The notes beneath the pieces are model-generated. The model made no database searches, was not told the DNA's origin, and worked only from the letters and a program-made list of their open reading frames with translations. From contig KZ538034.1 of the NCBI GenBank assembly GCA_000934665.2, forward strand, positions 62,001 through 126,000: a DNA stretch of 64,000 nt, in the 5' to 3' direction. Within the stretch, counting starts at the first letter, position 1. Each line of letters starts with the position of its first letter. The position numbers and the translations under genes were made by a program. Positions 52,301 to 64,000 of this stretch are shown piece by piece. Source of the stretch: Catajapyx aquilonaris (lineage: Eukaryota).

Positions 52301-53790
52301 CTTCCCAGACGAGCACTAACGAGGTGAAAGACAATGCTAAGGTCGTCCAACCACAAGTTAAACTCAAGGATCAAAAGAGCGATAAAGCTCCTGGTCTTGA
52401 GCCGGGAAATGATGCGGATTTGACTGAAAAAGGTGTCCATTCAGCAAGCCTTGACAACAGCAGGGAACAAGTTGAAGGCTACAGCCAGCCCCTGAAGAGG
52501 AGCGAAGTCGAAAAGCTTGAAAAGATGCTGAAGGAGGCCAAGATTGAGGAGCTGCCAAAAGACCAGTGAGTATTGAACAGGAAGTAGTAGTTGTACTACA
52601 TTTCAACCTGTTGTTGATTCTTATCTAGGTGTAAGCCGATGAGTAGTTATGAAGAGTTGCAGTTGGTGAAGGACATGGAGGCCTGCCCGAAGTTCATGGA
52701 CGTGGATCCTGAGATTCGTCGATATCATCGAAAGCTGGCCTTGCGGATGACAAAGAGGCAGTTACGCATGCCTGTGTTCAACATTGATCAGCTCTATGCA
52801 AGACTGAAAGCAAGTAGGGATGGAACCGCTGGAGCGAGCAGCGAGAAGAACCAATTAGAGGACAGTAAATCGGATGGGGAAAAGGACCAAGCCAGTTCGA
52901 AATCAAATGGGAAGTCTCGTGTGTTAGATCGCTTCCAGTGTAACATCACGGATTCCGAGGTACAAAATCAAGCTGTTTCGTACTACACGCGCTTGGTAGG
53001 CTCCGACAACTTGCGCCTCATCTTCAGCCCATATTCAAATAGGTAAGACGCCACGTAATCATCATTTACATGCCTTCTCTCTCCATTTTATTTATTCAAC
53101 CATATACATCACAAGCCTTGTTTGTTAGTGTTAAAAGGTTGAATTTTCGTCCGACTGCTACTTGCTGCTAACGAAAATTCCACTAATGGTGTTGAATTAT
53201 TGTTTCCTTGTTAAATTCATCCGTTATATGCCTTGCTCCTCAGGAAGGTGAAGCCTATCATCTACCAGGACTACGAGACTTCTACACCCCGCATGCGTCT
53301 GATGGACGAGATCTTGTCCCGCACCCATAAAGTGCTGCCTCCTCGTCAGCCGATCACCTACTGCCACCTGCGCTCCTGTCATGTGCAGGCGGTGAACTGC
53401 CTCACCCAGGAATTCTTCTGGGGAGGGATTGACGTGTCCGAGTGCCTGCAGTACCCGGACTACACCTGCGTGGCTCTCTACCGAAAGCTGGTGGTGGGGT
53501 TCGCCTTCCTGGTTCCCGACACCGGTTTACACCAAGCGTACCTCTCCTTCCTGTTCACCAGGCCCGACTGGCAGAGGGCTGGGATAGCTACCTTCATGAT
53601 GAGCCACCTGATCAAGACGTGCTACAATAGAGACATAACCCTGCACGTGGCTGCCACCAACCCGGCCGTCCTCTTCTACCAGAGTTTTGGATTCAAGGCG
53701 GAGGAGGTGGCGTTCAACTTTTACGACAAGTACATGTGGACAGACAAGAACCATGCAAAGCATGCGTATTTCATGCGCCGCAGTCGATGA
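49361..53790 (+). CDS. KAT14: Cysteine-rich protein 2-binding protein / lysine acetyltransferase 14 (ATAC2), about 1137 aa
   Basis: Exons 49361-49719, 50472-52565, 52629-53042, 53244-53790. N-terminal Cys-rich finger (CKKC...LHGDNFYRYVCNRC, WLSVVLLAMYNL, FFHWRLHVCNFI, SGWWKL); IRRYHRKLALR...PVFNID; C-terminal GNAT domain (FFWGGIDVSECLQYPDYTCVALYRKLVVGFAFLVPD...DITLHVAATNPAVLFYQSFGFK). The start codon is inferred; the ORF is also open upstream to about 48764. Confidence 0.92.
49916..50092 (+). mobile_element. hAT (Charlie-type) non-autonomous MITE, 177 bp
   Basis: TIRs CAGTGTTTCTCAACCT and AGGTTGAGATACGCTG (14/16 match); 8-bp TSD ctatagaa / ctctagaa, fitting the nTCTAGAn preference of Charlie elements. 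Confidence 0.85.
50194..50319. mobile_element. PIF/Harbinger-type (Tourist-like) palindromic MITE, 126 bp
   Basis: GGGCCGGTTTCACCGAGCTCGGTATATGATAAAACCA...TGGTTTTATCATATACAGAGCTCGGTGTAACCGGCCC, flanked by a TTA/TTA 3-bp TSD. Confidence 0.85.
53137..53183. repeat. Short internally deleted relative of the 55124 foldback element
   Basis: ggttgaattttcgtccgactgcta...acgaaaattccac shares its left arm with 55124. Confidence 0.55.
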
Positions 53791-54754
53791 GTTTACATGG
53801 TGTACAATGCATCTTTATTTTCCAATCATGTGTGAGAGGGGTGGGGGGGAGGGAGGGATAAAAAGGAGGAACTTAAGGGTTAATTTGTACATTTGGGACA
53901 ACCCAAAAAGTAATCCAAGAACTAGTCTGGAGGCACAAACAAGTCAGAGAAAAAAAAAAGGTGTTAACCTGATGAACAGCTTTTGAATCACATTAATATG
54001 AATGTATAAAACACTGAGTACATGTACACAGCGATATACAGAACGAAGAACCTCCTCTCTCCATGACCTTTTTTTTTCTCTTTTTAAATGTTCTCTCTCT
54101 CTTTTTTTTCTGTCGGTACACTCCCTCACTTTTGTACTGCAAGGTGGATGTGAGAAAACCCCAAAATAAAACAGAGCAGGAAACATTTTGATGTTGTCGT
54201 CGACATCTTTTCACCTCTCGCTTAATTATGATACAAAGCTACTCTCTTTTTTTTCCCTCTGCACACGATTCTTTCTACTATAATTAATAATGTTCAGCGG
54301 CAGAAAATAGAATCCATGACACTGGAGCAACCTGTGCACGCGAAAAAAAAAAAAAAAGGAAGAAAGGGGGATGGAAGGGTTGACATGAAGGGTTGGGAGG
54401 TTTTATCCGCTACAATAATAATTAATTAATTAATTTACACCTTACAAATGTACAATTACAACACGCGTTACAACCCGTCCCTTCCCGCTTAAGCCCTTCT
54501 TTTTTTTTTTTTGGTTACAATCCTGTACAAATTGATTTGTGCACAGCTGCTCCGTTGTCACAACTAGCGTTATAGGTACATGTAAGTGACATCCCCTCCC
54601 ACCCCCCTACCCCAGTCCTTCCAGTTGGCTTCGTTAACACTAGAGGTTCACATGAAATGAATCACCATCCAGGTAAGAAGCAAAAAATATATTAACACAC
54701 CAACAAAGAACATATGAAGGAAAAAAAAAAAGAACGCCAACTAACTCCCTTACA

Positions 54755-54782
54755 ATAATAATAATAATAATAATAATAATAT
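54755..54782. repeat. (AAT)n microsatellite
   Basis: About 9 AAT units. Confidence 0.85.
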
Positions 54783-55123
54783 GAAAAAGGGTGACGGTGG
54801 TTAACTACCAAATACAATCAAACAAGGGAAAAAAAACCTGTTGAGCACACAACAATGTAATTATTCTAATGGGCGATTTGAACAAAATTAGGTTGGTACA
54901 ATCCCGTCCCACTTCCCCTCCCCCTTTTTTTTTCTCTAAACCCCCAGCTTTGAATAAGGTCATCTGGCAGTGCTAATTAGGATTGGTATGCACTGTTTAC
55001 ACATGCATATTAATTATGCACACTAGTCATCACAATATATTGGGTTATTTTAAACAATTAAAAAGGCAGTGATGAACGAACACCGGCTCGTCAAAAAGTA
55101 CGTTTTGGCTCAAACAGTTACGG

Positions 55124-55213
55124 AGTTGAATTTTCGTCCCACTGCTAACTTAGCAGTACCAACGCTGGTACGGCTAAGTTAGCAGTAACTAGCAAGTGGG
55201 ACGGAAATTCAAC
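55124..55213. repeat. Foldback/MITE-like palindrome in the probable DOT1L 3'UTR
   Basis: Outer arms gttgaattttcgtcccact / agtgggacggaaattcaac; inner stem actgctaacttagcagtacca-acgc-tggtacggctaagttagcagt. Confidence 0.75.
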
Positions 55214-56481
55214 CCTCGGTTTTTTTTGAGGTGAATGAGTGTCAAAGGATGAGGAGGGGCGGAAGGAAGGGAAATTGGTAAGGATGGGTTTATGAGTAAG
55301 TGCCGAGGAACAACAGTAACAATGGTGATAATATGAACACAAAAACACTCGTTCCAGCCTCTTCCAAGTTGGAATCTTTAAATGCCATGATTGAATTTGG
55401 GGAGCAAGGGAGAGGAGGAGTTGTGGAAGTGGGCGGGGGATTGGCAGGCTCACATGACTTGTGTACACACACTAACACAGATGTATTATGGCAGTGCACC
55501 TGAAATATTACACCGGGTCCTGCAAGACAAGACAAAAAAAATGACCAACTTCTTCCAGTGCACCTAATGAAATTTCCCAACAATAGATGAGGGGGAACAA
55601 AAATAAAAAGTAAATTTAACCACATACTGGTCTTATCACACACACAAAAATTGGGGGGAAGGGAACTAGGGGAGGGGCTGCAGATGACCAAAATAAATTA
55701 ATACAATGTGTTTGACTGCCCTTCCCCCCCTCATCAAAACGAAAACTGTCTTATGGAACACATGATAGCAGATGTTTGCATAGTAATTATGTTGGCCAGC
55801 CAGTGTTTTATGTGAGCAAAAGTCCAGGATGAAGAACTCAACACAATAATTATTATGAATAAATAAATGGCAGGAAAGGGGAGGCAGTGTCCTATTGTTC
55901 TCTCTCTATTCTTATCCCTTTCGTGTGTGTGTGTGTGTGTGTTTTTTTTTGGTTTTGTGATTACTTTCCTTAACACCATCAACACTGGTATGCTCCTGGA
56001 TAAAACATCTCATAGACTCTAAATAAATAAATTAAGAGCGGGGAAGATGCCATTTCTTTTCAAACGTACAGTTTGTTTTTTTTAGCTTGTGTCCTTCTAC
56101 GATGCGGCCTGCTACAGAGGGGCATCTTCCCTCACGCTCCGTTCATTGGAAAGGTGTGGGGTAGATCTGTGATTAAATAGGATGAGGGGGGAGGGAAGCG
56201 AGGGATGGGTTAAAAGGGAAGGTTTTTTTCCAGATGGAGTTATTCTAGTGATGGCATTGCAAAGGATCCCTGTACACATACATGGCAGTGTGGTTTGTGG
56301 GCAAAGGAAGGGTGGAAGTTTTTGGTCCAACTCTCCAGAGGGCGTGAGACCTGCAGACTCCTCAGGCAACATGCGGTGGACGAACTGAAAGCAAAGAACA
56401 CAATTAAGCAAGCATACTAATTATTATCAATCCGTTTCCCCAAATGAACATGACTCTAATTACATTGTTCTCATGCACTTT

Positions 56482-59400
56482 TCAAACCCTGCACTGACCT
56501 GTGATGGTTCTAGCAGCAGCCTGCATTGGAAAGGGTCCTCCCCCTGCGCCCGCTCCTCCTCCTCCTCCTCCTTGCGGCTGCCCCCCTTTCTGCGAGTGGG
56601 GGTACCCGGCAGACCCAGCTACAGCCCCTGGGTTAGGGTATGAGGGTGGCAGTGGAAGTTGGGGTGGCAGTGGAGGTGGCGGGGGAGGTGGAGGAGGTGG
56701 GGGTGGCCGCTCCATCTGCATCGACAGACGCAGGTTTGGCGGTGGGACGGACGTGTTGACCATGTGAGGAGGTGGGACACTGAAGTGATGAGGCGGATGG
56801 GGCATGACAAGGCGGGCGTAATGCTTGACGGGTGGAGTGGGCGCTGCGGCTGGGAGGTACGACGGCATGTATCCCTGGTTTACACTCTTCCCACCACTCC
56901 CCACCGGCTCACAGACAGTCGAGCCCCCATACTGCGCATGGTGGCTCCACTCCCAGTCTTTGCCTTTCGGCCAGAACTTGTTGGCACCCCAGTGGTTCCG
57001 ATGAAAGTACTTCTTCTTGAAGTGGTGCTCGAAGGTGGATTCTCTCCTTGGGCTACGCCTCTGTCTGCATGGTGAAGAATGCCCTGGACTGCTGCGGGGG
57101 GGAGGAGGAGTGTAAGGCCCCACTTGGGGATGGGAGGGGGGACGATTAGACGGGGAAGGGGTACGTGGGGGTCCTTCTGTGGGGACAGCGGGAGGAGGAG
57201 GAGTCACCGCTTTAGTTGCCTTTGGATCCCGTCCTGGTGTTCCAATGCTGTCCTTTCCTATGCCACTATCTGGACTGGTGCCAGGGCTGCAACTCGAGTG
57301 GCATTCCTCTTTCTTCTCTGTCGGTGCAGCAGTGACAGGTGCCTCAGTGCTCTTCCGACGCTTGTCAACCTCTGATGCAAATGCCACTAGGCGGTCAAAC
57401 CCGCTGTTGATCTTGTCTTGCCAACGGCGAGTAGGCGACACCTTCTTCTCCTCTTGAAACGTAGGTGTGGTCAATGGGGATGACTTGTCAGAGTTCTCTG
57501 GTGACGATATCGCACTAATGGCCAGTGGCTGGATAGCATTGGTCACTACAGATGCCACTGACATGTCCTCCCCATCTATATGCGGCTTTTTGGCTGCGGG
57601 AGATGCAGAAGGTGATGCTCGCTTGCGACCTTGTGGCACCTGCCGTTCCAGTTTAGGAGGAGGGGAGTCACGGTTGTACTCCACTGGGTTGGCTTCTGCT
57701 TTAGGTTTGATATCCAGAGTTGGAGGCAGCAGGTCCTGCAAACTAGCTGCCAATCCCTCCACCATTGGGTACTCTTTAGGCTTCGTGTCTGTGAAATAGT
57801 TTGCAGGGAAGGGCTTGATGTCTGCACGAGGCAAGGGCACTGTCGGGTACCGATAAGGAAATGAGGCACCAGCTGACGTCGATGGGAGGTACTGCGGGTA
57901 GGCCACATGAGCTATAGACATGCTGGGAGTCACACGTGTTGGAGGTGGTGGTGGAGGCTCCGGAGGGTTCCCTCCCTCCGCACTGCTAGGCCTAGAAATA
58001 GGGGAGTAGACAGTCCGCAGAACGGGGCTCTCCGGCTTCTCCTTTCCAAGGCTCTCCTCCACTATCTTGTTGATCTTGGACACTGTGGCAGATGCAGGTG
58101 GAGCTTGCTTGTCAGCCTTAAGGCAGTTAGCAGACATGTCTACTGCTGCATTTATGATGCTCTGATTGGAAATCTCCAGAGTCCGCTCAATTTCGCCACT
58201 CACCAGGTCCCCAATCGTACGTGCAAAACTCCCTCTTTCTTGTGCCAGCTTCTCCTGCGAGAGGTGCCTGCGAAGAGCAAGCTTCGCAGGTGACACCTGG
58301 GTGTAATCTGGCTGTTTTGGAATGCTCTTCAGCACAGGAAGGTCCCGCTCCAATTCCTTCCTCGGTGGAGGTGGCGGAGGCGGCGGCAGGGGAGGCACAC
58401 TTAAAGCAAAGCTGCCACCCCGGGCTTTGACGTGGAGGGCACTTGTGGTGTATATGGCAGCCGAGTTCAGGAAGTAACCATTCGTGGATTTGCTGGGAGA
58501 AGATGGTGGAGGTGGCGTTGGTGTAGACGGGGTCGCCTTTTTGCCCTGATCCTCATTCAGCACGCTAGTTATGATGCTCTTGAGTCTGTCCTCAAAGTTG
58601 GCTATCCTTGGCGGCTCAGTTAGTTGGCTGCTGGCTGGGATGGAAGCACGAGGAAGCTCCACTCTCTTACCCTTTAAGTCTGGCTTTCTTGCTGCAGCTG
58701 CTGCAGCCACGGCCGCAGCCGCTGCTGCAAACTTGTTGATATCAGGTATCTTCCCTGCCTCAATCTGTCTTCCAGTCTCAAGTATCTTCTGTGCAAGGAG
58801 TTCTGGGTTATTCTCCTGAATCTTCCCAATATCAGGGATTTCAGGCCACTCTTGGCTTCGAGCCTTGGTCTCTCGACCTTTCCTTACCCTTTGGCTGTTA
58901 TGATGATGGTGATGGTGGTTTGACTTCTCACCCCGAGGGCTGTTGAGTGTGGGTCGATCCACCGTCTTTTCCAGGAAGGTGACCTCTGACTCCAGTTTGG
59001 ACACCTGGTTATGCAGCTTCTTCCTGTGGGCTAAAGTAGCTGAGATCTCCTTCAGGATGTAGTCCTGCGTTACTTCCGAGCTGTCCATCCCATTGCTGCT
59101 GCTGCTGCTGCTGCTTTGACTTACTCCATTCATTAGCCCTGATTTCTTTACCCTCTCAATAATCTCAATCTGGCGTGCTGCTAGTAGATTGTTCTGTTCC
59201 TGCTCCATGTTGTTCACCTGCGAAAAGGTACACAAATGCATTGGCAAATGATCCCTCCTCAGAACTGCACGCAAGGACGCTCACAATAGGTGTTTACTGC
59301 ATTGAAAGGCAGCAGCACTACAGTAATACTCAAAGACTCCAAAATAAGTTTTAGGTTGTGTTCATTACACATTGTTCTATTATGTTGCCTTGGACTCATC

Positions 59401-62400
59401 GCCACATGTGACTAAATATTCGGTATAATGTGACTTTCTTTCATCCAGTTTCCACCAACTACTACTACGAATTGCACAATATTTATTTTACCTGCCTTTT
59501 TATAGTATGCAGACTAGATAACCAATGAACATGATGTTTTCCTACCTACTGCCACATTATTACATGAGTTGTATGGATTCCATTTTTTTCTCACATGTAC
59601 AGTACGCCTGTATGTAACCCTATGATTAGCCATGAGCACGGCCAGCTAAAAGTAATAAATAACTGCACACATGTCGAATGCTCAAGTAGTTTCAGACATT
59701 TCACTATTGAATCTCCCCCACATTTTTAAAATCTGTATGGAAAAACATGCTCCAAAATGTCTTTTCATTGTACGTTCAAACTTTAGAAGTAAGCAGTACA
59801 TAATTATTACTTGTAACTCTGTATAAAATGTTATCACTTCACTCTTACATGCTGCAAAGAGAAGCATGACTATAAACAACACATACCATAGACTTTTGAA
59901 CTAATTCCAGTATGCTGATCATTAGATTATCCGTCAGTTTCTGCAGGAAAGCTCCTTAAAAATGCGCCATTTCCAGTCAAGATAATGTGCTCTAAGCCTC
60001 TCCAGGATTATAGTATTCTTGTCACAGCAGGCATGCAGGTAGCAGTCTTAGTTGAAGTTACAGCATATTTTAATAACCAATGAAACCTTACTTATCATGA
60101 ACCTTTCAGTATTACTGCAGTTATTACCCTTAGGATTTAAAATTTGACTCAAATAAAAATAATAATTGTGCAAGGATCATAGTGCAGGTATGAACTTTTG
60201 GTGTGGTCAACGATAGACAAGATGTGCCAGTCTGTGCATGTCTTCTGTGCCTTCTGGTTTTTCAAAGCTCTCTACAGTGAGGACAAACAGGATGGAATAC
60301 GTTTGCGACAGATCATTACTGACCAGCCTATCATATTCACAATAAAAAAACAAAAAGCAACCTACCATACTTACTGGTGTGAAGATCCAGAGCACTCAAT
60401 CTACAGCCTAAAACTGAGCAATTACCGAAGCCCTCCAGTAAAAGATTTCCCAACTTGTGTGTAATCAAGTACTACTGCCTTGTCAATATTCCATACTTAA
60501 TAGGAACGCAGGTTCACATATGGCTCATTTTTGGGCATGCATGACATTATCAGATCAATCTAGGTGGCGAGGCAAAAGTCACCCAATTACTTCCAACTGT
60601 TTGTGACCAAAAATCATCCTGTGTGAATCATATGTGAAACTGCCACTCGACATATGACTTATGCTTGCCCTCATCCAGATGAGAATCTAGTCTGCAGTGT
60701 GTGACAAAAGGTTCCCAGGTTAGTTTCGGCAATGTATTAATTTTGACATAACCTTGGTTTTTTGTTATTCGGGGTATGTTATATCCAATATCTTGGAACT
60801 GGAACTAGAAAAATTTTCTGCACTAGACAAGTTTCTGCTCTGTACAGGGTTTGCTGCAAGTAGGCTTCACTGTATTAATGAGTGAGTACCTTAGCACCAA
60901 ATATTTCACCAAAGTTCAAACCAAGGCAATAACACTACACTAGTGTTCCACACACATATGAATGACCGGCAGTAAAATATAACTGAATATTGGCATTCTT
61001 CTAGCTTTGATTTAGTATACTGGGTTCCCCCTCAATGAAACTTTCTTTCTAGACTAGTGGTACGTTAACATTATTTTTCCAGGTCTCCGTCACAGAGATG
61101 TCCTCCTCCAGTTTTTCGCAATGCTCTAGATACTGTACAAGCAGTGTAATAAATTGTTATTATTAGTGGGGTAAACATTGAAGACATCACGCCAAAATAA
61201 GAAGCACAGTCCACAAATACAGGATTAATACCAGGGGGCATTAACGGACAGTTTCAAGTCCAATCTAGGAAAATAAAATAATTCCTCACATTAATCTTTC
61301 ACTTTTTAATGCAGTTGAGCAAATGAATGACTTTCCATGATAAAATACAGTAATTTTTGTACCTGTTACATCGGTCCCTTAGGTAACACCTACTTTCATT
61401 ACGTAATTCTATTACAGCAGTAAGTGATGCACTCGTTAAAATGGACCACTGGTGAGTGCAACGCACTAATGAAATGGACCGACCAGCGGTATACCCAACA
61501 TTCAGTCTTTCACAAAGACATATTAGTGCATTACGAAACGCTCCATAGCCCTCTCACTGCTCTAAACTTAAATGCAGATGTCAGATTACAATGGAAAAAA
61601 ATGGTTCGGATGACGTCATCCTAGTTAACGTGCCCACCTCAGGCAGACATGCAACTTGGCAGCTCTGTAGCAAAGTTCAGTCAATGGAAAATGAGTCTGT
61701 GATATGCTGCTAACGGCAGCAGGAGTCTATCTAAGCCTGCTTTGTCGATTTTCCTTGGCGGAATCTTCATCATCCGGAGAAGATTCTGTAGAATTGTGAG
61801 ACCTGCCCCCAAACTGGAACTTCTGCAACTGTCTGCTCTTCTGAATCTTTCTACCAGCACTCTAACACTTGGGGCTGTCAATGGTGGGCCTATGCAGGAA
61901 CTTTTTATCCTCTAAGACTTCCTGTGGTGTGATTCTTGCTAATAAATTAACCTGCAATACACTTGACATTAATCAATATGAAATTGCACCCACCCCTGCA
62001 AATAAGAATTTTTTTTTTGATGCCTTCACTTGCTCAACTGTACTAAAAGTAACGAGACACTATGTAAAATTCCATGTGTCTTTCAATGTTGTTGGTAGCG
62101 TTTCCAGCAAAGTGGCATTTCTAAAGTTTTTAAAAAAAACTCTTCAGGCCCTCAATTTTGTAGGAATTTCACCTGTAGTTGAGAACTTAAAAAATATATT
62201 ACCAGAAATAACTACCATGACAAGCATAATTATCTTGTCAACAGGAAACAGGCACTGTGTTGCATGTGTGCCACTGCTGCAAGATGTCTTCAAAGCACAG
62301 CCAGTGGTATACTTGTGGCTGACAAATAATTGATCACTGAATATGCAAAGAACATCAGAGGACTTTCCTTTGATCCAAGGATGTCATTTCCCCCCCATGG

Positions 62401-64000
62401 CCTTATCCTTACTAAAGTATATCACAATTTCTTTCCAGGTTTTCAGGCAGCCCACCACCAGTAATTTCACGCAATTCATGAATGAAAATAATATCCATGT
62501 GTGTACTAAAGGACCAACACCAAGATTGAACTCAATGTGGCACAAACACATCAGTTTTTAAGACTTCAATTTAGCTGTTATAGAACTGCTTGGTGTTATA
62601 TTTTACAAGCTCCACTGATTTTCATTAGCAGTTACAGATTGTTCAAGCAAAGAAATGCTAAACTATCCCTTCTGCAATTGGAAGCAACAGGGACTTAAGC
62701 ACAAGTCACTCTGTAGTGTGAGAAGGCAAATGTAAATGTTACGGCAATTCTCTAGTCCAATAACTGCACAGACATGACCACTGTCTGTCAAGTCCTAAGA
62801 AAGCTCCCAGAGCTTTTCTCTGGCCAAGAAAAAAAAAAAAACATAATGGAGATAACAGTGGTTAAAATCTGTTGGAACTACTCTGATTCACTCATGTTAC
62901 TTCAGCATGTGCGAGTGTGAAGTAAGCATTTTAGGTTCGTCTTATTGGGGTATTCCTCGAACTTGTTTGGTATGATTGCTCTAGAGATCCTTTAATTTGC
63001 TCTAAATCTATGCTTTGAGCAGATACATTGCAAGTAGTTGCTCTCACTGACATCACACATCATGTGGTACCAAGGTAAACTGCCCAGGTGATGAACTAGC
63101 CAAGGTGTGAATTGTAGGGGTGGCTCGCACAGACATGGTTTAAACACCATCTTCAGTTGTGCAGACTAAGGTTTCGACATCAGCTGGGGTTCAATCCCTA
63201 TCAGCCCCTTGAATTTGGCCACAACACCAAGGGCTTGGTACTTCAGAGAGCGAGAAATCCAGATCCCTACTTTAATTTCATAACTACGTACTTTATAAAT
63301 CCGTACACATTTACTACTTATCTGCAGTTCTTCTTGTTTGAGCTCCTTTGTACAGATTCCACCTGTTAATTATCCTACCTTCGAAGTCCATTCAAAATAT
63401 CAACTACTGCACATGAGTTTTACACTGACAAAAAAATGCAGCAGCTGACATTCAGTAAAGGTTAAATACGATGTCAAGAACCTTGCCCATTAAACCTGAG
63501 TGTTTTTAAACTTCTAAGCTACATTTTCCCTGCACCAAAATATGCTTAAAAAATAACGACTTGCTAAATTAGGGCTCAATAAATAAAATAATGCATAGTG
63601 GAAATAGTGCAATGATCCTCACCTGTGCCTGAAGATTGCTGGTCTTGGCTTGCAGCTCCTTGTGCCTCAGCACAATTTCCTTAGCCTTGGCTAGCAAGTC
63701 TGCAGGAGTGTTGGCACTGATTCCTAACTCTGTCATGCGGGCCTTGAGCAGGGCCACACTATCATCTATCAACACCTTGATCTGCTTCTCCAGCTGAGCG
63801 GCTCTGCCCACAAACTTGACATTGCGCTCCCTCTCCTTCACTATTAGGTCCTGAATCGACTGCCTGTATTCTGGAGCCTTCATCGCCTGGACCATGTTTA
63901 AGAATTGGTTGCGGTACATATCCATCAGGATCTCCAGTGCATATGGGGTGTCTGGAGCTGGCTGGATCGGACGTTCTTCATGTACCACCCCTGTGCTCAG
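56482..64000 (-). CDS. DOT1L: Histone H3K79 methyltransferase DOT1L/grappa, C-terminal part (catalytic domain is off the right edge)
   Basis: Exon from beyond 64000 to 63623 (DTPYALEILMDMYRNQF...AAQLEKQIKVLIDDSVALLKARMTELGI...DLLAKAKEIVLRHKELQ) joins in phase 0 to terminal exon 59217-56482 (ILKEISATLAHRKKL, RSQEWPEIPDIGKIQENNPELLAQKILETGRQIEAGK, FEDRLKSIITSVLNED, QPDYTQVSPAKLALRRHLSQEKL, SGFDRLVAFAS). I recognise these blocks from arthropod grappa proteins. Confidence 0.9.

Noticed and set aside
56501..58819. Many plus-strand ORFs opposite DOT1L
   Set aside because: Antisense shadows of the Pro/Ser-rich DOT1L terminal exon.
63127..63162. Minus-strand hammerhead-ribozyme-like string (GCACAA-CTGAAGA-...-TAAA-CCATG-TC-TGTGC)
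   Set aside because: The conserved GAAA is TAAA and stem II cannot form in the right place; at best a dead remnant, possibly chance.

Overview
Eukaryotic, intron-containing animal genomic DNA, most likely an arthropod (judged from grappa/DOT1L-like and caspar/FAF1-like motifs; no species call). I assembled exons by hand from splice signals and reading phase. The gene-sparse left 25 kb holds the 5' part of a secreted two-discoidin (F5/8 type C) domain, lactadherin-like gene on the minus strand. A dense cluster follows: class B DnaJ/Hsp40 (+), FAF1/caspar (+, with one GC-AG intron), a pogo/CENP-B-type HTH-only ORF broken by one in-frame TAG (-), TECR/Sc2 (+), CFAP57/WDR65 (-), KAT14/CSRP2BP/Atac2 (+) and the 3' part of DOT1L/grappa (-). 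Small non-autonomous DNA transposons (a hAT-Charlie-like and a PIF/Harbinger-like MITE, foldback elements), two minisatellites, a dispersed repeat pair, a tRNA-SINE-like head and one N gap are also present. There is no CRISPR array or prokaryotic system, and I cannot support a wholly new multi-gene system. The best candidates for follow-up are the transposase-derived HTH gene with the amber stop, the 34/29-bp minisatellite near the CFAP57/KAT14 bidirectional promoter, and the CRE/HSE cluster in the DnaJ intron. Gene identities come from recalled family motifs, not database searches.
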